In this document: positions 58,039 through 64,000 of the stretch, one piece after another
Layout of the letters: each line of letters starts with the position of its first letter
How positions within the stretch are numbered: position 1 is the first letter of the stretch
Assembly: GCA_017441205.1 (NCBI GenBank)
Contig: JAFRYG010000142.1
Location: forward strand, 499 to 64,498
DNA from: Pseudomonadota bacterium
GTDB lineage: Bacteria > Myxococcota_A > Bradymonadia > UBA4248
DNA length: 64,000 nucleotides
Reading direction: 5' to 3'
Program-made: the position numbers and the translations under genes
Notes under the pieces: model-generated
What the model saw: only the letters and a program-made list of their open reading frames with translations
The model's database searches: none
What the model was told of the DNA's origin: nothing

Positions 58039-61000
58039 ATGGATTTGAAATATTGCCTTGCCCTGGCTGCAGTTTGTGTCGGAATTTCTGCCTGTACACC
58101 GGTACAGCGATGTTATCGCGATGCGGATTGTGAATCTCCGATGATTTGCAAAGCGTCCGGCGTTTGTGACTATCGGTGCAGCTCAGATGTGGAATGCGGT
58201 CAGGGGTTTATGTGCCAGATGCACACCTGTATGATTCAGGCACCGATGGGCATTGCATGTCCTGAAGATATGGTGCCGATTCTCGATTCGTACTGCATGG
58301 ACATTTATGAAGCATCCAGGCCGGACGCGACGGCTTCGTCGGCAGGTCAGGATTCATCGCGGGCAACTTCGCGGGCCGGTGTCATGCCCTGGATGGTCGG
58401 TGACAACAATGGCGAGGCTGAATCCGCGTGTCAGGCTGCCGGGAAGCGGCTTTGTACGCCTGCAGAATGGGAATTGTCGTGCCATGGTTCGATGAATACC
58501 GTCTATGGATATGGGGATAATTACAACGCAAAGATTTGCAATGGCATTGATACGTATGGATCCAACGGGTTCAAGTTGATGCCGACGGGATCGTTTCCGG
58601 ACTGCAATAATGGATGGGGCGTTTTCGATCTGAACGGCAATGTTTGGGAACATACGGCCGGCGGCAGCGCCAAAACCGTTCGCGGCGGCGCGTATAATTG
58701 CATGGATTCTGAGGAAAATCACCAGTGTTCCTATGTTCCGGTGAACTGGACGCCGTTGGCGCTGGGGTTCAGGTGTTGTTCGGATGGGTCACTCAATGAA
58801 GGGATAAGACCTGATGCCGGTGAGAATGCCGGGACTGGCAATACGGACCCTGATGCAAATCCCGATGATTCGGAAAACTGTCTTGATCCTGAGAATCCGG
58901 GTACGGACCCCGAAAAGCCGGGCACGGACCCCGAAAAGCCGGGCACGGACCCCGAAAAGCCGGGCACGGACCCCGAAAAGCCGGGCACGGACCCCGAAAA
59001 GCCAGGCACAGATCCCGAAAAGCCAGGCACAGATCCCGAAAAGCCGGGCACGGATCCCGAAAAGCCGGGCACTGACCCCGAAAAGCCGGGCACTGATCCC
59101 GAAAAGCCAACTCCGGTTGTCATCAAAACGTGTCCTGAGGATATGGCTCTGATTCAGGTCAATGACATGGAATTCTGTATGGATCGGTATGAGGCATCGA
59201 GAACGGATGCTGCAGCAGACAGCCAGGGGAGTTCCGAAACGCCGGTCAGCAAGGCTGGTTTGGATCCATGGTATCGCCCTTCTTTCGAGATGGCTGTGAA
59301 AGCATGTCAAAGTGTGGGCAAGCATCTTTGTCGTTCGGACGAATGGTATGCAGGATGTACGGGCGAAGATGCGCTCGTTTACAGCTATGGCAATACGTAT
59401 GAACCGACGACGTGCAATGGGATTGATACTTATTGTTATTGCGACAGTACTTCGTGTGATGCACACAATATGTGTCCGTTCGGGCACTGTTATCTGAGCT
59501 GCGGCGCCGATCTGCGGATTATGCCGACGGGATCTTTCGAAAAGTGTGCGAATGCGCAGGGGGTATATGATCTGAACGGCAATCTTTGGGAGTATGTCGA
59601 TGATGGTTCGGATTCGCCGTCTGTTCGCGGCGGAGCCTATAACTGCATCGATTCCGAAGAACTGCATAAATGTTCGACATCCATGCCGGTAGGCAGCGTC
59701 AATGCTTACGGATTTCGTTGCTGCCGCGAACCCGATGCCGTGGAACAGGAAGTTCCGGAAGCAAGGAATATGATGGATTTCTTCATGCAGAGCGTTCCCG
59801 GGGATATCGGGGATAGTTCCGATGAGGTATTGCTGGCCTGGAATCCGGTTCAGCAGGATACGATGAGCGATTTTGGTGAACTTCATCTGAATCTGCGTTC
59901 GAAGCCTGTTTTGCTTGCATCCAATGATGATGAAGTTCCGCCATCGGAGTGGATAAACGAATACGAATGCATGCCGGTTCAGGATTTTCTGGATAATGCC
60001 CGAATCCTTTGGGAATATCAGGAAACGCGTCAGGATGCTGTGGATGTGATGAAGTTCGCGCAGCAGTGTCATCCCGGCAATATGGATATTCAGCGAGCAT
60101 TGGGGATTTCGTATGCGAGGGTGGAGAATTATTCATGGGCACTTCGGACGCTGATGCCCATCCTCGAACAGAATCCGGAAGATTGTGCGACGCGAACGTG
60201 GATCGCCTGGATATACGTGCAAATGGCAATGCCGGATGAAGCTGCAGCGATTTCCGGCGGACAGAAATGCGAAACATCCTGGATGGAACAGCGGCTGATG
60301 CTCGTTACGTCGATGAATGAACTGGCTCAGGGGAAAACTGAACAAGCCGGAAGACATCTGGAACGCGTTTATGAATCTGAAGAATTGACACGCAGTGATG
60401 CGAAAGCCCTCCGTTCACTTCAGTCGATGGCTGGAACGGGCAGCGATCCCAATCTTACCTGGAAGCTGGAGATCGACGGCGGTTATGCTTCGAATGCGTT
60501 GAGCGGTTCGCCGAATGATCCGAATTTGCGCGGCAAGGATATGGGCAGTCCCTTTTTGGAGGGGGAGGCTCGTTTTATGATCGATCCCTGGAAGCGAGCA
60601 TTTGCCAGGGCCGTATTGGAAGCACAGGTCACCGGACAGTGGCTGACATCCAATGATGCAGAGAATTCAAGTTACGGGGATATTGCTCTTCGGCCGGGGG
60701 TAGTTTTGGACTGGGATAATCTCAAGTTCGGAGCCTATTATCGCCCGGAGTTCCTGATATTGCATGGCGGTGATGTCTATGAAAAGGGACCGCTGCTGTT
60801 CTATACGAGCCACCGGATTGAGGTCGATTTCGAGATCAATAAGTGGCTGTATTTGTTTGGGGGATATGGTCACAGGACATTCCGTCAGATCGTGCGTACG
60901 CGCGATGAAATGGATCTCGGAGCCGGTGGGCGGCATTCCCTTGGGTATGGGTTTGCCCTGACCTGGGGGGCAACTTATCGCCATTGGTTTTCCGTCGGGG

Positions 61001-61443
61001 ATATGTATGATTTGAACGGGATTAATTTCAGTCTCGCTTTGGATTATCGCATTCACGATGTGCTGTTTCGGCTGAATGGATCCTATGCCCTGGATGATTA
61101 TGCGGATTCGGCAGGTTATTTTGATCATGATGCCCGCCGGGATCATGGTGTGCGCGGCGGGCTGCAGATCTGGTCTCCATCATGGGGCGGTGTTCGCATC
61201 GGTGCGCAGTTTAAGGCAAGCCGCCGCTGGAGCAGTGCGGATGACTATGCCTATCAGGATTACCGGGGAATGATTGCAATTCGCTGGACGGGTGATCTGG
61301 ACTTTTATTCACCGCATGGCATTTCGGATGATGTCTATGCATTGCCATGGAATTTTGACGGTGAATCTTCATCAGATCGCATCCGCGACATCATTCGGCA
61401 GGATGAGGATATGCAGCGATCATCGTCGTGTTTGCAGAACTAG
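58039..61443 (+). CDS. Lipoprotein with two FGE-sulfatase/SUMF1-like domains, a Pro-rich linker, TPRs and a C-terminal beta-barrel-like region
   Basis: Lipobox ISAC; 2x CPEDM..CMD.YEAS..GK.LC...EW..DLNGN.WE..RGGAY; TPR GISYARVENY; beta-strand-rich C-terminus. Confidence 0.75.
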   Translation: MDLKYCLALAAVCVGISACTPVQRCYRDADCESPMICKASGVCDYRCSSDVECGQGFMCQMHTCMIQAPMGIACPEDMVPILDSYCMDIYEASRPDATASSAGQDSSRATSRAGVMPWMVGDNNGEAESACQAAGKRLCTPAEWELSCHGSMNTVYGYGDNYNAKICNGIDTYGSNGFKLMPTGSFPDCNNGWGVFDLNGNVWEHTAGGSAKTVRGGAYNCMDSEENHQCSYVPVNWTPLALGFRCCSDGSLNEGIRPDAGENAGTGNTDPDANPDDSENCLDPENPGTDPEKPGTDPEKPGTDPEKPGTDPEKPGTDPEKPGTDPEKPGTDPEKPGTDPEKPGTDPEKPGTDPEKPTPVVIKTCPEDMALIQVNDMEFCMDRYEASRTDAAADSQGSSETPVSKAGLDPWYRPSFEMAVKACQSVGKHLCRSDEWYAGCTGEDALVYSYGNTYEPTTCNGIDTYCYCDSTSCDAHNMCPFGHCYLSCGADLRIMPTGSFEKCANAQGVYDLNGNLWEYVDDGSDSPSVRGGAYNCIDSEELHKCSTSMPVGSVNAYGFRCCREPDAVEQEVPEARNMMDFFMQSVPGDIGDSSDEVLLAWNPVQQDTMSDFGELHLNLRSKPVLLASNDDEVPPSEWINEYECMPVQDFLDNARILWEYQETRQDAVDVMKFAQQCHPGNMDIQRALGISYARVENYSWALRTLMPILEQNPEDCATRTWIAWIYVQMAMPDEAAAISGGQKCETSWMEQRLMLVTSMNELAQGKTEQAGRHLERVYESEELTRSDAKALRSLQSMAGTGSDPNLTWKLEIDGGYASNALSGSPNDPNLRGKDMGSPFLEGEARFMIDPWKRAFARAVLEAQVTGQWLTSNDAENSSYGDIALRPGVVLDWDNLKFGAYYRPEFLILHGGDVYEKGPLLFYTSHRIEVDFEINKWLYLFGGYGHRTFRQIVRTRDEMDLGAGGRHSLGYGFALTWGATYRHWFSVGDMYDLNGINFSLALDYRIHDVLFRLNGSYALDDYADSAGYFDHDARRDHGVRGGLQIWSPSWGGVRIGAQFKASRRWSSADDYAYQDYRGMIAIRWTGDLDFYSPHGISDDVYALPWNFDGESSSDRIRDIIRQDEDMQRSSSCLQN
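58897..59106 (+). repeat. 21-bp coding tandem repeat x10 (PGTDPEK)
   Basis: CC[G/A]GG[C/T]AC[G/A/T]GA[C/T]CCCGAAAAG; variation only at third codon positions. Confidence 0.95.
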
Positions 61444-61561
61444 GATGGGTGTTTTTTGTCGAATAATCGGGTTTAATGGTGCGTTATTTGCTTTAGGGCA
61501 GGAAAGTGCCCGGAGAGTCTGAGCGCATATCATCATTATTTCAGGGAATCAGAGGCGTGTT

Positions 61562-62389
61562 ATGATTCGATCATTATGGATTTCGTTGTCTTTGTTATTT
61601 ATTTCAAGTCCGGTTCTGGCACAGACACCGTTGTGCGATGGGCTGAGCGGAGAAGCGCAGAAGACGGCGAAAAGCGTTATGGATACATCATTTCCTTATG
61701 ATTGCTGTGACAAATCCATTTCGGAATGTCTGAAAAGCGCACCCACGTGCAAGCTTCCGGTTCGTCTGGCAAACGAAGTATGCCGTCTCGCCGGCAATGG
61801 CAAATCCGTTCAGGATATCAAGCACTCGCTCGATCAGCGCGCAATGGCCATGTCGACGATGAAACCGCCTGTAAAAATTGATATGAAGCCGGAACATGTC
61901 TGGGGAAACCCCGAGGCCAAAGTGGTGCTCTCTGTCTATTTGTGCGCGCGATGTCCCTACTGTTCTCGCCATGTTCCCAAGCTGATAAAAATGCTCGAGA
62001 ATTCGCCCATCAAGGATAAAGTAGCCGTCAATCTGCGCCTGTTTCCGATTAAGTCGCACGAGAATTCCACCCCGGCTGCACTCGGGGTAGAGGCTGCGGC
62101 AAAACTTGGCAAAGCCTGGCCGTATCTGCTCAAGTCGTATGAAAATTTTGATACCTATACCAAGAACAAAATGACCGAATGGGCCGTGGAACTCGGTATG
62201 GATGAACAGCAGTATGCAGCTTTGCTGCAGGATGCAGCGGTTCGTCAGGGAGTGGTCGAGTCCAAAAAAGAAGGTCTGGTGAACAGCGTGGAATCGACGC
62301 CTACTTTTTTCATCAATGGCAGAAAAATACAGGGATTGTTTGATGCCGAATCCATCATGAGCATGCTTGAGGAAGCACTCGGAATGTGA
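61562..62389 (+). CDS. DsbA-family thioredoxin-fold protein with an extra Cys-rich N-terminal module
   Basis: Signal peptide; WGNPEAKV, CPYC and V.STPTFFING. Confidence 0.82.
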   Translation: MIRSLWISLSLLFISSPVLAQTPLCDGLSGEAQKTAKSVMDTSFPYDCCDKSISECLKSAPTCKLPVRLANEVCRLAGNGKSVQDIKHSLDQRAMAMSTMKPPVKIDMKPEHVWGNPEAKVVLSVYLCARCPYCSRHVPKLIKMLENSPIKDKVAVNLRLFPIKSHENSTPAALGVEAAAKLGKAWPYLLKSYENFDTYTKNKMTEWAVELGMDEQQYAALLQDAAVRQGVVESKKEGLVNSVESTPTFFINGRKIQGLFDAESIMSMLEEALGM

Positions 62390-62519
62390 TTTTTAGTGGT
62401 TAGTGAGTTTTGAGTTTGGAGTGAGCTTCTAGAGGTAAATGCATTATTTCGATCTTTAAGCAAGAACCATTGTGATTGCATGACTCCCAACTCATCACTC
62501 CCCACTCTCAACTCGAAGA

Positions 62520-64000
62520 TCACCAGTTGAGATCCACCGGGATGAGCATGAGTCCGTTTTCACCTTTGACGACGACGGGCACCTGCAATGAGTGGCCGGA
62601 TTCATCGGCGATGAGGAAGTTGAGTTTGGCTCCCGGAGACTGCTGTCGATAGATATAAGGCAGAGTACCGAGCCGGATGGGTTGTCCATCCTCCATAGAT
62701 ACGAGATAAATATAGGTGTCGGGCGGGTTAACGTGTGAGGAAATGACGACGTCGATGCCATCGCTGGCCGTCGGAAGCAGTTCCGGGAGTGCGAACAGAT
62801 CGACGGGGTCAGCGTATTGGGCGATTCTCCAGGTGATGGCAACGGATGCCAGGATGAGGATGGCTGCAGCTATCCCCATCATCCAGAAGGGATGCTCAAT
62901 TTTGACAGCAGTTTTTTTTCTGCGTTTTCCCGATGTCTGGATGGGGGCTGGCGCTATCCATGTCTTTTCGGCTTGCTGTGCTTTTTGCCGATCGGATTCC
63001 GTACAGCATGATGCAAACTGATTCAGAAATTCCGGTGCAGAATCTTTTTTGGGGTGCTGTAGCCACTCCATGACGATGTCGCTCAAAGACTCAGAGATTT
63101 CAAAGTGTTTTGCAAGCTCCGGCGGCATTGCCTGGACGATGGAAAGTGCAGCATCGCACAGATCGCGATCTTCGTTGAAGTATGGATGCTGACCCGAGAG
63201 TGCCTCATAAATGACGACGGAGAGCGCGTAAATATCCGGGCAGGCATTGTCTGGCGGGGGAGGAACTTCGAGTGCGCAATCCGTGAGGACGTCAATTTGC
63301 TGGATGCTGTCATCCCGTGGATCATTTACATCCGAGAGCAGATGATTGATTTCGGCGGATTCGGATTCCCGTGCCTCGGATGGAGTATCAGATTTTTCGG
63401 CTGAATCCCGGTTATCTGAATCAGTTTTGGGATCTGTGTCTGCGGGTTTGGAATCCGAAGATTCTGATGAAGGTGCAGTGGGTTTTGATTCAGAAGATTT
63501 GGCGAATTCCCAGGGCGGCAGATGGCGCATCATGTCTGCTGAAATCGTAACATCCCTGAGTTTGAGCAGTTCAGAACGATGCAGACCAATGCCCAGAGGT
63601 CCGGTGATGATTTCGAAGCGTTCTTCATCCTGTACGAAGATGTTGTCGGTTGTGAGGCAAAGATCGTAGAAATTGGCCTGATGCGCTGACGTAATGATTC
63701 CTGTGAGCTGATCGAGCAGCCGCAGTGCCTGCCAGGGTTCCAGCGGTCCGTGAGAACGCAGCCATGCCCTCAATGAAATGGATTCGAGAGCGTCCGTGAC
63801 GACGAAACTGTTGCCTTCGCTTGTACCGTAATCGAGTACGCGCAAGGCATGGGGATTGGCGATGGCCCTGTTCTGAAGCAGGGCATCATCGAGGCGGTGC
63901 AGTGTTTCGGGCGGAAGTTTGTAGTCGTCATTGTACGAAGCCATCCAAACGGCCATGCGTCTGCCAAAAGGCTGTTCATTCGCCCGATAAACGGTGAGGA
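62520..64000 (-). CDS. Membrane-anchored Ser/Thr kinase-like protein (probable pseudokinase); 5' end lies outside the window
   Basis: Frame open to the edge (LTVYRANEQPFGRRMAVW); VLDYG, DIYALSVVIYEALSGQHPY; TM segment near the C-terminus. Confidence 0.72.
   Translation of the reverse strand, partial: LTVYRANEQPFGRRMAVWMASYNDDYKLPPETLHRLDDALLQNRAIANPHALRVLDYGTSEGNSFVVTDALESISLRAWLRSHGPLEPWQALRLLDQLTGIITSAHQANFYDLCLTTDNIFVQDEERFEIITGPLGIGLHRSELLKLRDVTISADMMRHLPPWEFAKSSESKPTAPSSESSDSKPADTDPKTDSDNRDSAEKSDTPSEARESESAEINHLLSDVNDPRDDSIQQIDVLTDCALEVPPPPDNACPDIYALSVVIYEALSGQHPYFNEDRDLCDAALSIVQAMPPELAKHFEISESLSDIVMEWLQHPKKDSAPEFLNQFASCCTESDRQKAQQAEKTWIAPAPIQTSGKRRKKTAVKIEHPFWMMGIAAAILILASVAITWRIAQYADPVDLFALPELLPTASDGIDVVISSHVNPPDTYIYLVSMEDGQPIRLGTLPYIYRQQSPGAKLNFLIADESGHSLQVPVVVKGENGLMLIPVDLNW

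Overview
64 kb of bacterial chromosome (about 50% GC by eye). The gene content (Ser/Thr kinases, IgGFc-binding, IPT/TIG, FGE-sulfatase and many Cys-rich lipoproteins) suggests a Myxococcota/Bradymonadia-like deltaproteobacterium, possibly host-associated; this is inference, not a database result. Housekeeping genes (rlmI-like, thiL, folK, secA, dapF, dprA, ribF, tRNA-Met) alternate with a large set of Cys-rich surface lipoproteins. I found no transposase, integrase, reverse transcriptase, cas gene or rRNA. The strongest unexplained signal is a ~380-nt intergenic element present twice (36128-36506 on minus, 53261-53637 on plus). The two copies share perfectly conserved blocks, show compensatory base changes, and have G.U-dependent helices that fix the strand, so this is a candidate large structured ncRNA that I cannot assign to a known family. 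Other highlights: (1) about 16 intergenic hairpins with an invariant bulged G; (2) a LOG + NUDIX-Dam fusion cassette between ~215-bp direct repeats; (3) tandem lipoprotein paralogs with constant ends and a variable C-terminal half, plus a decayed duplication relic; (4) a ~173-bp non-coding tandem array; (5) SecA with a ~290-aa acidic tail replacing the SEC-C motif; (6) a channel with a TIEGW filter.
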